A stretch of DNA of 64,000 bases, taken from the NCBI GenBank assembly GCA_964016885.1, contig OZ024740.1:87544001-87608000 (forward strand), in the 5' to 3' direction. The DNA is from Eledone cirrhosa (Eukaryota). Both the position numbers and the translations under genes were made by a program. Positions 11,751 through 26,353 of the stretch are shown piece after piece (the first letter of the stretch is position 1; the number at the start of each line of letters is the position of its first letter). The notes under the pieces were generated by a model. That model was not told where the DNA came from and did no database searches. It saw only the letters and a list, made by a program, of their open reading frames with translations.

Positions 11751-14700
11751 TTGAATCAACTTCATTGTCATTTTACTTTCACATTCCACACTGCCATGGG
11801 TTGGCTGGGTTGTTACGGTTTGACAGATTTTATTTGGAGTTATTGCCTTCTTTGATAGAATCTGAGCGTCACATTTCATTTGTACAGTCCAAATTTTGGA
11901 CATGGTTTTTCTTATACCAACCACTTAGAATATACTTGGTGCATTTTATTCAGGTACTAGCACTTAGGATATTATATCTTCAGCAAGATTAAAGACCATT
12001 CTCCACCCTATGTTGTCTCTTTACAGAGCACACTGGGAGCATTTTATCATGGTGCAAACACTAGAGAGGTTGCTTTACTCCTTATGTGGCAAAAGAGTTT
12101 TCTCCATACAATAGTGGCTTAGTTATAGACAATATTTTAAAAGCTGATAGGATGTAAGATGCTAATGTTAAAAATGTTAAAGGATTCCTAGAGTAAATGG
12201 ATCAATTGAGGAAATCAAGAGAAATTTAGAAAAAAAATATCAAAATTTATATACAACACATATTCCAAGGAGCAAAGAATATAGAGAATTGATCTGAGCA
12301 ACCTTTACTATTGTGGATAAATGGAGATAATGAGCAAATTGCTTGTGTTAGTTCCTTATAACAGAGCTTCAGTTATTGAGTAAGTTGGGTGTCTGAATTC
12401 ACAGTTCAAAGGTTCAAGCTCTCTACACAAACAATAATTATATTATTCAAAACTATAGACATTTTCTATTATTTATGATAATAAATATTTAACATAGAGA
12501 TTAATTTTTCTAATTATCTGCTCTTTCTAAAATTTTGAAAAGGAGGAAAAATATTGTTTCTGGTAATTTCAATACACTCAAGTTAACATTTTGAACTAAA
12601 ATAAACCAATTGATCATTTCATTCTATTGGCTATTGAAAACAATTTTTATTTTTTAATTAAATACCCGATTAACTATTCTCAGTTTCTATCAGTGAATTT
12701 ACAGAATAAGTAAACAATACAAACTGAATAATAAAGGATGAAAAGATGTTTGTATTACACAATAAGTTGACAATAGTCAATCTATTTCAAAAGAAACCAG
12801 AAGAGAAATTGAATAAGGCAATATATTATTTTAAAACTATAATTTTTTTTCATATTAGCACCCTAAATGACATTCTATAAACAATAAATCACCAAATAAT
12901 TCAAAATACATAATAAAAAGGTGAAAATAAATACAATAAAAGCAAAATATATCAATTCAAACAAGGGTCTGTTCTTTGAGATTAACATAGGAGATAAATC
13001 ACTCAATTAGTTTGGAGCTAAAACCAATAAACTCCTTTGTTGTACACAAATCTGCTTGGTTTGATTGGAAAACACTTCTGTTTTTTTTTTATACTTAGTC
13101 ACCATTTTTCCATTCAGTTGACACAAGGCAATTCATTCTTGTATTATTAGGACTAACAGATTTTCTAAATGACAAAATGTCCACATGAGAAACTTTTATA
13201 AAAAAAATGTTCACAATATTTTCTCTTAAAATCATGACAAAATCAAAATGAATGGTTACAACTTAAGTTAATTAGCAGTTATTATTAGCAACAAATTTTT
13301 TTTTCGCATGTTTTAGCTTGTCAAATTTTAAAAGGTGACTTTAAAATAGTAATACCATCATCAAAGTTTTAAAAATATAGAGCTTTCAAGAAACTAATAA
13401 AAGCTGTCATTTTTTAAATTTTATTATTTCTTGTCTTGTTCATAGCAACAAAAATGGACATAAATTCACCAACTATTTGATAAATAGTTAAAATAAATAC
13501 TACTATATAAATGGAGATTATCAACATTCATCAGAGAATTGTTAGTATAGTTCATTGACACCATAACTACTACAGCTACTTAGACTGTCACTCCTATATT
13601 AATGGCTTCCGGGTTAGGGTGCCAAATGTAACTAAGATTTAAATTAGACCTTTGTGTTGCCTATGTTCTTCTGGGTGGACAATATATTTTATTTCTTATT
13701 TGTTTTCCTCTCAATAACTGCTAACTAATGTGTTATCAATTTTGAATTTTGTCATAGTTTTCAAGAAAAGAATTTCATGACAACCTCTCATGCTGGAGTA
13801 CGCCTTTATCATGTGGCCATGCACAAGCACACCTTTTAAGATGGGGATCAATTATATCAATACCCTAATAATGTCCATCTTCATAATCAACAACAACAAC
13901 TAAATGTTATCAGAATCTTCGTTCACTGTGTTAAAAGACATGACAATTTCTCCTCTGCACTCCAACAATCTATTGCCCAGGACTTGTACCTTATTTTGTC
14001 AACCTTGATAGGATGAAAGGCAAAGTTGGCATCAGTTTGATTTGAACTAAGGGCAGTTGCAAATCATTTTGTCCGTTGCCTTAACAACTATAACAATCTG
14101 CCATCCATTTAAGTATCTGTCACCTTCACCCCTTCCCATTTTCTTTCATTGCCTAATAATCCTTGTCCTTCCCCTCCTTTTCCTATCATCTTTAATATTT
14201 ATAGTCTTTTGTAATGATACTTTCTTTTTCTATGTTTAACTAAATATTGAATTATTTTTATGTAATTTTATCCTAGTAATAAAGTTAAGTTGAAAACTAA
14301 CCCTTTTACCATATCATTTCTTTGCTTTTCAGTTCATTTGTAAATAAACAAAAATTTGAAAGGGTTTAGTAAAACTTTCTCATTATTAAGTTCGTAATTG
14401 AAACATAAAAGGCTCTATCTTACATAAAATTATGATGGAAGGTTTTAGATAAATATAAACATTTCATCGATGTTCTATCAGAGTTTCAGGTGTTTTGGTT
14501 TCAAAATAAACAAAGCATAACACTGAAAAATATCATGACATACAGAAGAATATAACTATTAGGACAAGGTAGTAAATTTCTAATGATGGAGTTGTCCCAG
14601 AGGAATGAACCAGCTGCAATATAGTTACAGTTATTTTATTGCCACTGCTAAGAATATAATATAAAAATGATATTTAGATTTGAACAGCAAAATTTATAGA

Positions 14701-14964
14701 AGTATTACCAGTTCTGATACTACAATAATCTGTTTTTCTTAGATAAGTACAAAGGCAGACATTTAAGGCGAGGGCTTAGTAAATTAAATAAAGCGTTGCT
14801 TCTTCAGTGGTACTTTATTTTATCAACCACAGATGAAATTGTAGCTCAGAATGCAAGGAACAATAGTATTAATAAAAGTAGTAGTAATGATAATAATAAT
14901 AATATACAAATTAATATTCCAAGATTGCAAGAAACAACATATATATCTTGCAATAACATGAATC

Positions 14965-15350
14965 AATTATAAAATGGCCTATGACAGGATTCCTCACATC
15001 TATAAAATGGAATACATATAGATGTTAGGGAAATATAATAATTGTGAATGTACAAAAGTTGATTGTAAAGAGTATGAGTAAATGGAAAACAAAATTAAGT
15101 TATTCTGGTGAAGAAGTAGGAAGTATTAAAATCAATAAAGGAACCTTTGCTTTTTGTGATATGCATGATACTTTAATGCTGCTAGTGAGGAATGGATATA
15201 TTACTGTATGTAAGCAGCATAAGGTAAATCAGCTTCTTTTTATGGATGACTTGAAGTTGTTTGTAAAGAACGAAGATCAAATAGACTCTTTAGTATAAAA
15301 CACTCGGTGGATTTAGTGGAGATATTAGGTTGGAATTCAGGATTTAAACA
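14965..15350 (+). pseudogene. Decayed RT fragment, probably an R4/Dong-clade non-LTR element; likely continues at ~16570-17080
   Basis: NYKMAYDRIPH, KSMSKWKTKL and VNQLLFMDDLKLFVKNEDQIDSLV. The LFMDDLKL motif is typical of Dong/R4 RTs. It is split by younger RTE insertions. Confidence 0.6.
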
Positions 15351-15360
15351 TGGTGATTTT

Positions 15361-16110
15361 CATCATCATCACTGTTTTACGTCCATTCTTCCATGCTTGC
15401 ATGGGTTAGACGGGTTGTCCTATTGTGGGCAGTGTCTGGTCGGCTGACCATGCCTTGCTCATACAGGAACTGATTTTGGCTTGGTGTCTACAGCTGGATG
15501 CCCTTCTTAACACCAACCTCATTCACAGTGAGTGCTGGGTGGTTTTTTCCGTGGCGCCTACACGTCCACTTTACAGTGTGGGCTGGGTGCTTTTTTGCCG
15601 TGGCACCTCCACGACCACTTTGCAGTGGGAGGGTGTGGGGGAATATTGTCTATATGCTTCAGCTTGTACCCATGGGAGGTCGGGTACTCTGTATTACTGT
15701 GTGACGCCAGAGGTCACGGTCGTGTGTCATCGCCTTTGAGAGGTGCAACTGGGTAAGGTCGGCCCCTATCACCTCATCCCAGGTCTTGGGTCTCCCTACT
15801 CCACGGCTTCCATTGACTTCTAGTGCTCTGCACCTTTTTATGCAGCTGTCATCCTTCATACGCATCACATGTCCATACCAACGCAACCGCCTCTCCTGCA
15901 CACAGCATTTGATTCTTCTTATGCTCAGTCTCTCTCTCAATTCATTTATGCTTTGCCATTCGCGTATATTACTATTACACATCCATCGGAGCATGCAGGC
16001 TTCGTTTCTTTCTAATCTACGTAAGTCTTCCACCTTCAGCGCCCAGGTCTCACTACCATGTAATATTGCTGTTCGGATACATGCATCATACAGTCTGCCT
16101 TTCATTTTGA
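15361..16110 (-). mobile_element. RTE LINE 3' fragment, subfamily C
   Basis: 148-aa ORF MKGRLYDACIRTAILHGSETW...RLRWYGHVMRM, three-module UTR and (CAT)n at 15361. Confidence 0.92.
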
Positions 16111-16117
16111 ATATATA

Positions 16118-16278
16118 TCATCATCACCGTTTTATGTCTGTTCTTCCACGCTAGCATGGGTTAGACGGGTTGTCCTGTTGTGGGCAGTGTCCGGTCGGCT
16201 GACCATGCCTTGCTCATATGGGAACTGATTTTGGCTTGATTTCTACAGCTGGATGCCCTTCCTAACACCAACCTCATT
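16118..16278 (-). mobile_element. RTE subfamily C 3' tail fragment
   Basis: Near-identical to 15361-15522 and flanked by (TA)n. Confidence 0.88.
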
Positions 16279-16299
16279 TATATATATATATATATATAT

Positions 16300-16416
16300 A
16301 TATTGTAAAGAGCTTTTGCAATGGCAGAGCTTTTGCTATTTCAACAGTGAATAGATAATCCATTCACTGTCAAAATGGCAAGAGGTTAGCTGTTGGGCAG
16401 TAAATCTTTACAATAT
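16300..16416. repeat. Imperfect ~117-bp fold-back (MITE-like palindrome)
   Basis: Outer ATATTGTAAAGA/TCTTTACAATAT and inner ACAGTGAAT/ATTCACTGT arms. Confidence 0.65.
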
Positions 16417-18800
16417 CTACACTACTTCAATAATTGAGTACTTAGCTGAACAATGGTCTTACTATTTTAAATTGGGAACCCCCAATATCCCTCTCTCCTT
16501 CACACACATGGTTGGATGCCCTTCCTAATGCCAACCACATTTACATACACACACATTTTATATATATATGGAAGGATATTGGGAAGTGTTAGATTAGAAT
16601 TACTAAGATACGGAAATCATGGAATAGATAGCAACAGAAAGGTGTAAATACTTAGGTGTAAGAGATAAAATAAAGGAATGCTTTAGATGGCCAAATTAGC
16701 ACTAACACCTTAGCTAAGCAGACTCCTGCTATTAACATGTAGGTTATGGATGAATTCTGAAAAAGTAAGATGGCATTACAACAATTTTTGGGGGTATAGA
16801 CAACTGATTAAAATAGAGAGGGAAACCAACTCTTTCAGTTGTCTTATATAAGTCATAGATAAGAAAATAATGATTAAATCACTGATCTTTACAGAAGGAG
16901 AATGTATTGAAAACAAACTATAAATTTCCATATGGTAAAAAACTACTGAATGCCTCTAGTATGAAAAATGTATGGCAAGAAACTGAAAGTGTAGTACATT
17001 TGATAACAATGTAGTAAATTGGTTTAGAAGGCATTATTTTACGGGAACCATCCAATCTCCTGTGTCTAATTCAGTCAAGTGGGATCAAATTCTTTTTACA
17101 CCATTGAAAATAATTACAAGGTTGAAAGTAAAAGAGGTCTTTTACTTTCAACCCTGTCATTATTTTATCAACTGGCAAAATAAAAATAAAAAAATAAAAT
17201 TTATAAAAATATCGAGAATGTACAATGACTAAGGTTGAAATGCTTGAGTCCAGCAAATAAGAGAATAAAAAACAAACTGTAAACATATCATTTCCAAAAA
17301 TACATGCATACCAATAGTGAAAGCATCTCTGGATAGGTTCACTAATAAACTAGGGAAAAGGCTAACTGAAATAATAAAATTAAATAGAACATTACTAAAA
17401 AGTTACATTTCTACAGAGAAAGAATAATAATTACTAAGAGAGGTGCAACTGCTTTTCCTAGCAAATCAAATGACTATATAGAGGTTCCTTTGTCAACTCA
17501 TAGCAAAATAATGTTAGAGTGTGGATAAAAGAGACAAAGAAGGGAAGCAACACATGTACAGGCCAATAGTTTTTGCATGATAGTGAGAAAAATGTTACTA
17601 ATAAGCTAAATTGCTACTTTTACAATCTGTTTTTGAATGATATCAATGATAGCTATATGATTTCAAGGTTATAATATATATATAGTATGTACATTATATC
17701 AACTAGCAGTACTTGTGTTGTCTAACAGATTTATAGAATATACAGTTGGAACATTGTTCTGTATTTTAATGCCATAGTAAGGACCTGCTTCGCTGTGGGG
17801 ACAAATATAAAGTAAGTAATTTGTAATCTTGTAAGATAGAAGGCAACCTCACTAGTGCTGATGCCATGATAAAATGCAACAAGTATGCTTTGAAAAATGG
17901 TCAGTGCTAGAAAGAGCACCCAACCATAAAAACCATGCCAAAAATGGAACATAAGGATGGGATATGATTCTCCAGCCATAAAACACAACCCAGATTGCAA
18001 GAACCCCTTTCATCCAATGTCAGCAAGGAAAACAGATGTATCATGATAATGATGCACCATTTTTGTTTAACTATAAGTTAGGGTTCTAATGCTATTATCA
18101 AATACAATTTGCTTGGCTGCTATGAGAGGAAAAAGTAGGTTCTACAATAAATCTGCTGACTTTCCCTTTTCAATCAAACTATTTCAAAGACTTCATAGAA
18201 TATTTTCAAAGAAGACTCCTTTATAACATCAGTAAGATGTTTGTTCCATTAAAAATCACAAGAAAAGGGAAAACAAATGAATGGAAGCCATTTTATTGGT
18301 TAATTATATTTCAGAAAAATTTTATGACAGTTAATCAAGATTATACATGAAATGATTGGAGTATGATTAAAAGAAGTTCATTCTTGCAGTTAATTTCTCC
18401 AAAATTGAAGTAGGAACTGCAATCAACAAGCAGTAAACCAAGCTTCAGTTTCACATCATCAACTACAGTACTGCCATTGCGCAGATCTAGTAAATGTAAA
18501 GCTTATCTCTTCTTGTTTATTACACTTGAAACAATAACGATTTCTTCTAGAAAAAAAAATTGAATAAATTTTCTATCAGGATATAGACAGATTAATTAAA
18601 TAGAGTTAATTGTTGTCTAGTTTAAGACCACTACCTGGCCCTTATGTTTCTCTAATAAAGTCCACTCTTTTGCAAGCATTCAGACCAGATCTTTAGTTTG
18701 AATATACATTTCTACCCTCCTTCAAAACAGTCATGGTCACTACTCTTCCATATCTGGTTAAGATAATTTTTAAAAATTGGTTTTATTATATACTCCTTAT

Positions 18801-19015
18801 AAGGCAGTTGATTGGCAGTATTGGTAGAGTGCCGGACAACATGCTTTGCAGCATTTAGTTACAGCCCTTTATGTTCAAAGTTTAGCGTTTTGCCTTTCAT
18901 CTTTATGGGGTTGATAAACTAAAGTACCAGTAATGCACTGGGGTCGATTTAATTGACTTTCCTCTTATGCAAAATTGATGGCTTTGTGTCTAAATTTGAA
19001 AACATTATTATTATT
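18801..19015 (+). mobile_element. tRNA-derived SINE (abundant family)
   Basis: Same head, core and tail as the 5897 copy. Confidence 0.8.
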
Positions 19016-19081
19016 ATAATTGTTATTTAATTTAGACTGTTTGAAAAGAAGAGTTGTTATGACATTTACAATCACTTTCAG

Positions 19082-19130
19082 ACTGGTGAAGTTATAAGCA
19101 AGAAAAGTGGTCAAGACAGTTGCAGTTCAG
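19082..19130 (+). CDS. Candidate 49-nt exon
   Basis: Acceptor CACTTTCAG and donor CAG|GTGAGA. It reads TGEVISKKSGQDSCSS in phase 0, or xW* in phase 1. Confidence 0.3.
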
Positions 19131-20042
19131 GTGAGAAAATGATAGATCCTGCAAATTAATGTGAAACATTGAGAAAAACACAGGGGCATAAACAAAGGTG
19201 GTACTCTGTTAATCCAGAGAATAAGCTGTTTACAGCTAAATCAGCACTAATCAATCAGATCTATGATGAATAACATTTCATCTATGATCCTCCTGCTTTT
19301 TTTCTCAGACCAAATGTATCTTGATTCAATAGTTCCTTTTTTTAAAGATAGTAAGAATGCAATTTGAGGGAAGTTTACCTGCATTTTCTTGCAAGTATAG
19401 CAATCACATAGAAGATTCTTTGTTAGCCCACAGCAGAAGACACAGACACAAAGGCAACAACACACATGTGGACCAGTAGTGAGAGGAATTTTAGCAGTCA
19501 GCTAAATTGCTATTTTTAAGATCTGGCTTAGATGTTTCTGCATATCTGTAAGTGAGTGTAGTAATAGTACTACTGCCCCATATATGTGAATAGTATTTTA
19601 TTAATGAGTTGCGTATGAGCTTTGTATATATCATGGACTTATTGAACTGAAACATTCTTTGCTCTAAAAAAATAGTATAACTTCCAATATAGATAAATAA
19701 AGGTACCATACATACAAGTATGGGAGTTGATTTAATCACCTATACCCACTCCCAGTCAACTTTGCCTTTCATCATTTTGAGGCCGATAAAAAAAGTACCA
19801 GTCTATCACTGGTGTTGATTCTTCCTATATATATCTTTCTCACTTTGTCACTTTCGATCTTTCTCTGGAAAGAAATCCTGTGTTCAGCTCTGTCAGGCTG
19901 TAAATACCCAAGAAACACTGTATGCCACTATGGCACCCCAACGACTCCATCAGGAGTTACAGGACTATACCCTACCATACCATACCATACCATACCCACT
20001 TTAAAAAATGTATAACTTTGTGACAAAGTCATGTTTTTTATA

Positions 20043-20263
20043 TGGTGAATTGGAAGAATTGGTAGAGTGTCAGACAACAAGCTTAGTGGCATAGAGTTAC
20101 GCCTCTTTACGTTCTGAGTTAAAAAATCCTGCCGAGGTTATCTTTACCTTTCATCCTCACAGGGTCGATAAAATAAAGTACCAGTAATGCACTGAGGGCG
20201 TTTTAATATACTTTCTCTTTCTCCTCAAAGTTATTGGTCTTGTGTCTAAATCAGAAACCATTA
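20043..20263 (+). mobile_element. tRNA-derived SINE (abundant family)
   Basis: Same head, core and tail as the 5897 copy. Confidence 0.8.
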
Positions 20264-20403
20264 TTTTACATGGGTAATTCTTTTGTAATATCATTAAAGT
20301 TTGTGAAACCTGGTAACTGGTATGAGGGATTTAGCTGGATGTTGTTTTTGCTTAGAGGTAGGCTGTAGTGTTGTAAGACTGTTTTCTGGATATTTTACCT
20401 GTT

Positions 20404-20550
20404 TCATCATCATCATCACTGTTTTACGTCCGTTCTTCCACGCTAGCATGGATTAGACGGGTTGTCCTGTTGTGGGCAGTGTCTGGTCGGCTGACCATGC
20501 CTTGCTCATACAGGAACTGATCTGGCTTGATTTCTACAGCTGGATGCCCT
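20404..20550 (-). mobile_element. RTE subfamily C 3' tail fragment
   Basis: (CAT)n followed by sequence matching 15361-15503. Confidence 0.85.
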
Positions 20551-22309
20551 ACATGTTATATTACAATATTTAGAAAAATAGCATTGTTGACTTTGGTTTT
20601 ACAATGTGCCAATCATTAGTTTATTGTATTTTTTTTTATGACAAGAGGGACAAGACAGTGTCGAACACCTATCACTCAAATCTCTCATCAATGTTTATAT
20701 AAAGTGGTGACAGATATACACAAATGTACACATATACACAAACAAATATAGATATATATACACAAATATATATATATATAGAATGGGCTTTTGCACAGTT
20801 TCTATTAACCAAAACCCAATCACAAGGTATTGGTCAACCTGATGTTATGGTACAGAAGACATTTTCTCAGGTTCTCACATAAGATTGAACTCCAAACCAG
20901 GTTAAACTTACAATTATGCCCGCACCCAACCATATATGAGGTGATTGCAGCTTGAGGTTGTTGAAGTAGAGAGACCAAGTTGTTCTATGTCGCTGTCATT
21001 TTATCATAGAAGTTATTCAAATTTGATATGTGAAGTGTCAAATTTGCATGAGGATGGTGCCTGTGTGTGAGATAGATTGAGTGGAAATGAACAGTAGTGT
21101 CATTTTGTGAATGAACAGAGACTGAAGATGATAAATGAGGTGTTTGTTTATGACTGCTAACAGCTTTGAATTGTTGGAAACAAGAGGACCATATGTCAAT
21201 ACTGGTATTCACAAGAGTGGGTCCCTTTTTGTGAATGGTAGATCACAAAAAACATTAAAAACAGAAATTACAATAAATTATTCCTCTGACAGCTTATTTT
21301 ATAAAATATTTCACTATATTTACGTTAAATATTTTCCATTTTGACGTTATAGTCACTTATATATTATGAAATACTTTTGGCTTCTTGCTCACATTAATTT
21401 CTCTATTTTCATTTATATATATATATGCACACACACACTCTTTTCTATGTTGATATTTTTAATAATATTGTCTTTTTTGCATTAGCTTTTAATGAAATAA
21501 TAAAGATAATTTTTCTAACACAGGCACAAGGTAAGAAATTTTCAAGGAGGTGTTAGTTAAATCAAGCTCTGTATCAATCAATTATTAAGGTTGTTGTTAT
21601 CGGTCTCTTATGATGTTGTATATCATTGATCTTCGTTGTTTTCATGATAGGAACTCCAATAAACACTGGCTGTTCCTACAACAAAATTCCTAGCCTTGTA
21701 CCTATACTAGATATTATTATTATTGTTATTATTATTATTATAATATAATTTAATTAAAAAATGATACCAAAAACAAATATAAAAAGTGTTGAATATAAAA
21801 AAATACAAAAATATTGAAATATCAATAAAGCTGTCAAAAAGAAAAAAATTAGGTATAGAAATACTAAAAAAAAATCTACATCACTTGAGAAACAGTCTTA
21901 AAATCAATCAATACTCAAAAGAAATCTTAGAGAACAATGTCATATATGAGCAAATGGAAGAGTCTCTATATTGTCAGACTATTTGCTAAAAACAGCAACC
22001 AATTTGACCACATATGTTAAAAACCAACTAGAACGCATTGGAAGATCATGGATGGAATGCATTTGATTATAGTTCTACTTGATCAGATACAACCTGGGAC
22101 TAAACAACAATATCAGACCTGATTCAGCTGACTTATCCAACCTTTTACTATTTTGATATTTTAAATAATATTGTCTGTTATCCAAGTTGACATTATACAG
22201 TATGTCTTTTCCTAGGACAATAGGTGTAATTTGAAGGAATTCTGTCTGCTATTTCTAGCGGATAGAACAGCCTCTTAGAGGCTCCCTCATTGTGTTGATG
22301 CTATCACAC

Positions 22310-22340
<31 letters not shown>

Positions 22341-24656
22341 CTGTTCCCACGAGTGTGCTTTTGGCAAATATCCTCAACACAACCAACCTACCTGATAAAA
22401 CATAGACATTTTGATGAGTAATTTCTGTAGATAATTATAACCTATTTAATTTGCTGGTCAATATAACCCTTTTGATACTAAACAGCCAGACACAGCCCCA
22501 GATTTATGATAGAAAACAGCTCATTTAAAAATGTTTATGTTTATATTAAATCCATCCATCATAATTTTATCAATGAAAGTTTTGTTAAGTAATGTTCTAA
22601 ATATCAAACTACTAATAAAAGAGTGGGTGATATTATAAAATTCTTTAAATATTTGATTATTTTCAAAATTAATTGAGACAGACAGGCCATGTATTTCATT
22701 AAAAATTCAGTAAGAAAATGGTTAATCAAGTTTAGATTCAATGTTCAATAAAGAACCAGTGCCAAATGACAACATTAAAGTGACATTTCGGCATCAATTC
22801 TGAAACATTGCACTCAACATAAACAACACTTAATATTATATTGTTCAATATACACACACGTATATATATAAATTGCATTTTTTTAGAACTGATAATCTTA
22901 TACTATTTCACATCAATGTGTCTGTTAAATCTGTGTGTATCTGGGTTAGAATGGGTACACTGTATTCTTGATTGTTCTAACATAACTAAAAGGGTTGACA
23001 CCAGGAAGGGCATCCAGCTCCCCAACCCCATGAGGAGTATGAAGTATATCATGGGGCCAGCAAGGTTAGCCCCTGCTTTAAAATGCTTGTTGTTGATGTT
23101 GGTGTAATATTTCTGTTAAGATTTTATTTTTGTCTTACTATCAAATCTGTTCTGCAGCAGTAACAAGTTTCTGCTATGGCTGTATTGGAAATGAACTCTA
23201 TGAGTAACCATTTTGAGACTATACTTCTCATGAAATATACTCTTTTACACTTTTAGTGGTGTCAGTCATTAAACTGTAGCCATGCTGGGACACAGCCCTT
23301 GAAATGCTTTTTGTTGATCATATGGACCCCAGTAATGGGGGGTAACAGAATAAGAACAGCTGGCAAAATGTCTGCCATGGTTGAACTTGTCCTTTCTTGG
23401 GGGGGGGGGGGGGAGACAGTGAGAGTGAGAGAGGGAGCAAGAGGGTGAGCGAGAGAGGGAGCAAGAGGGTGAGCGAGAGAGCGAGAGGGTGAGAGTGAGA
23501 GTGAGAGAGAGTAGCAGAATACAATTGATTGTCTTTTATAGAAAACTGGAAAGAAAAAATATTTGGCCTTGTGCTATATTTGAAACTATTAATTACCAGT
23601 AGATGGCAACATTGTACCACTCACCATTAACAGTCAATCTAATAAGGCTTTCAGCAGTATTGTTATTTGATGATGAATAAAGCTATGAAGAACTGGCTGA
23701 AGATATATCATATATAGTTCATAGACACTAGACAAAACACACACACAACCATATATGTGGTGAGAGAGAAACTCAATAAAGAAAGAGAGTAAGAGAATGA
23801 AAATGAGAGACTAAGTTAACAGAGTGGGAACTATATTAATTTAAAAAGAAAACAACATACATACATATATATATATATAAGATCAGAAGGGGAGAGAGAA
23901 AGATATGTACATATAGAATTATAGAATGATACAGAGAGGAGATAGAAAATTAAAATAGATCTGTGTGAGTGTGCATATGTGTATGTGTGTATGTGTGCGT
24001 GTATATATATATATAGAGAGAGGGGGGGGGGTATATATATATAGAGAGAGAGAGATACATACATAGACAGAAATACAACGATCTACAAAGAATGGTAACT
24101 AGAATATCATATCGATTAATGCATATTTTAAAATATTTTATTTCTTTATTAATTTATTAACTTATTTGTACAGACACTTCACTTGAAAAAAAAATAACAA
24201 CAACAACAAAAGACTATGTTTAAACTATCTTCTGCATGGCTGGTACAAAGCTTATTGAGCTTAAGTCAGTACACTACACTTCATATGTTGATAGATGTAA
24301 AAATTCAGCTGTCAATCAAAGTAATATGATTGAAACTTTTCTCTCATTCAATCACACATTTTAACAGCTAAGCTATAGACAAGCTATAGTTAACAATTAC
24401 GTCTGTCTGTCTGTGTGTATATGTGCGAGTGAAATATAGATACACACACATACATTTCTACACGTGTGCACACATACGTACATATATAGTGAGTCAAAAT
24501 TCTACACACAGAGCACATATATATATATACAGACATCTTGTCTGAATTTATGAGATGAGTTATCATTATTGTAAACTGATTTATTTGCACTAATGTCCTC
24601 TTCTAGGTTGTTATAACAACCTACTAAAGGACATTAGCCTGAATACATATGTGTGA

Positions 24657-24688
<32 letters not shown>

Positions 24689-24870
24689 ATATATCTATAT
24701 ATGCATACATACACAGAGGTATACAACCAAACACGCACACAGTGAAGGCCACTTATGATATGAAACATTTTTATCAAAACTCAAATATATTCTATATATT
24801 ATTATATCACCTGTTTAATGTTATCAGCTAGTTACCTGAAAGGGCCGATCCCAAATTGATCAGATTCCAT

Positions 24871-24917
<47 letters not shown>

Positions 24918-25839
24918 TACACACATGTGCATTTGTATGCATAATGTGCATATACATATAAACACACATGTGCATCTGCATATGTGTTTATATATATGTC
25001 TTTTAAGAGCTATACTGATTTTAAAAAGAAAATTCAATATATATATATTATATATATATATATATGCACATACACCAACAACAAAATAACAAAACCAAAT
25101 AAGACAATTAATACAGAAGAGGAGCTGTCTAATGCTATCAAACATTAAGAAACCAGCAAAGTCACAACTATTTTCTAATCAATAAACATCAGCAAGAAGT
25201 ATAACACAAAGACCAGAGAAAAAATAAAATAAATAAAAATAATTAAAAAAAACACTAAAAGGAGAAATGCTAAAAAAAATATAAATAAATATATAAAATG
25301 CAGTAAATAGACAGTAGAAGAAAATTTATCAAGGAATTAGTGAGAAAAAAGTAATAGACAAAAATCATCATCATCATCATGATAAAATGTAAAAACATGA
25401 GAAATTTACACCCCTCCCCCTTCTGCAAAATTGCAAAAAAAAAATATCTAAACAAAAAAAAAGGCAACTAAATAATTTGTCACTGTCAGGCTGCAGTACT
25501 TTGTGTAACAATGAAACAAAGAAGAGAAAGGGATGGTTCCATCAAAATCAATTATACCTAACATGGTAATCCATTCAGCTTAGGATTAGCAAGAATAAAG
25601 AGGCAAATGAGCAAACAATGCCCAGATATTTATGTGAGTAGTGTGAGGGGAATTGGGTGTGTGTGAATGAGAGTTGTGTGTTGGTAGTTATGTGAGGGTA
25701 ATGAGTATGTGTGGATGTGTTGTGCAATGAAGAAATACATAAGAAAATTTGCAAAAGAAAAAAATGATGCTGTATAAAAGATTATGTATTCAATGTAAAA
25801 GAATGTAGTCAACCATAAATAGTGTGTGTATATGTATAC

Positions 25840-26306
25840 ATTCCCGAATATTTTTCGCGGATATAGAGGTTATCTCCCTTGCTGAATTCCATGTGCGTTT
25901 TCAGCTAGGGTTGTGCTTTTTTATTCGTTTGGACAAAGCTCGTTGAGAAAGTATTTCCTGTCCGCCGCTCCCTAGAAGTCTTATATATTTTTATGTGGGC
26001 TGATAGTGGGCGATTTAAGGATTTACAGAAACCCAAGAAGCTAGATTTACCATCTTTCTAGTGGGTCCGGGTAAGCTTTTTACATTCATATGATTTATTG
26101 ATTTATTGATATTTTATCTGAGTGACCCGAATCTTCCGGATCGTAATTTTTCGGTCGTATGGTTGATTTTAGACATGATCTATGTGTGTTGGTATTTTAA
26201 CGATAGTTATAGCTCTGATTTATCTGAATTATTGAGCCCTCTGCCACTCATGTCGAATTTTGTTTATCGTGAACTCGTGCGCCGATTTTTCGATACTCGA
26301 TTATTC

Positions 26307-26312
<6 letters not shown>
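25840..26312. mobile_element. Unclassified CpG-rich insertion between (TA)n tracts
   Basis: CpG density is abruptly higher than in the flanks and the borders are sharp. No TIR or ORF was recognised. Confidence 0.35.

Positions 26313-26353
<41 letters not shown>

Noticed and set aside
23625-23682. Minus-strand exon candidate LYSSSNNNTAESLIRLTVN with a GTGAGT donor (also 19380-19545 and 20985-21225)
   Set aside because: Plausible splice signals, but the + strand acceptors have better branch, pyrimidine-tract and TGCATG support. The strand cannot be settled without RNA data.
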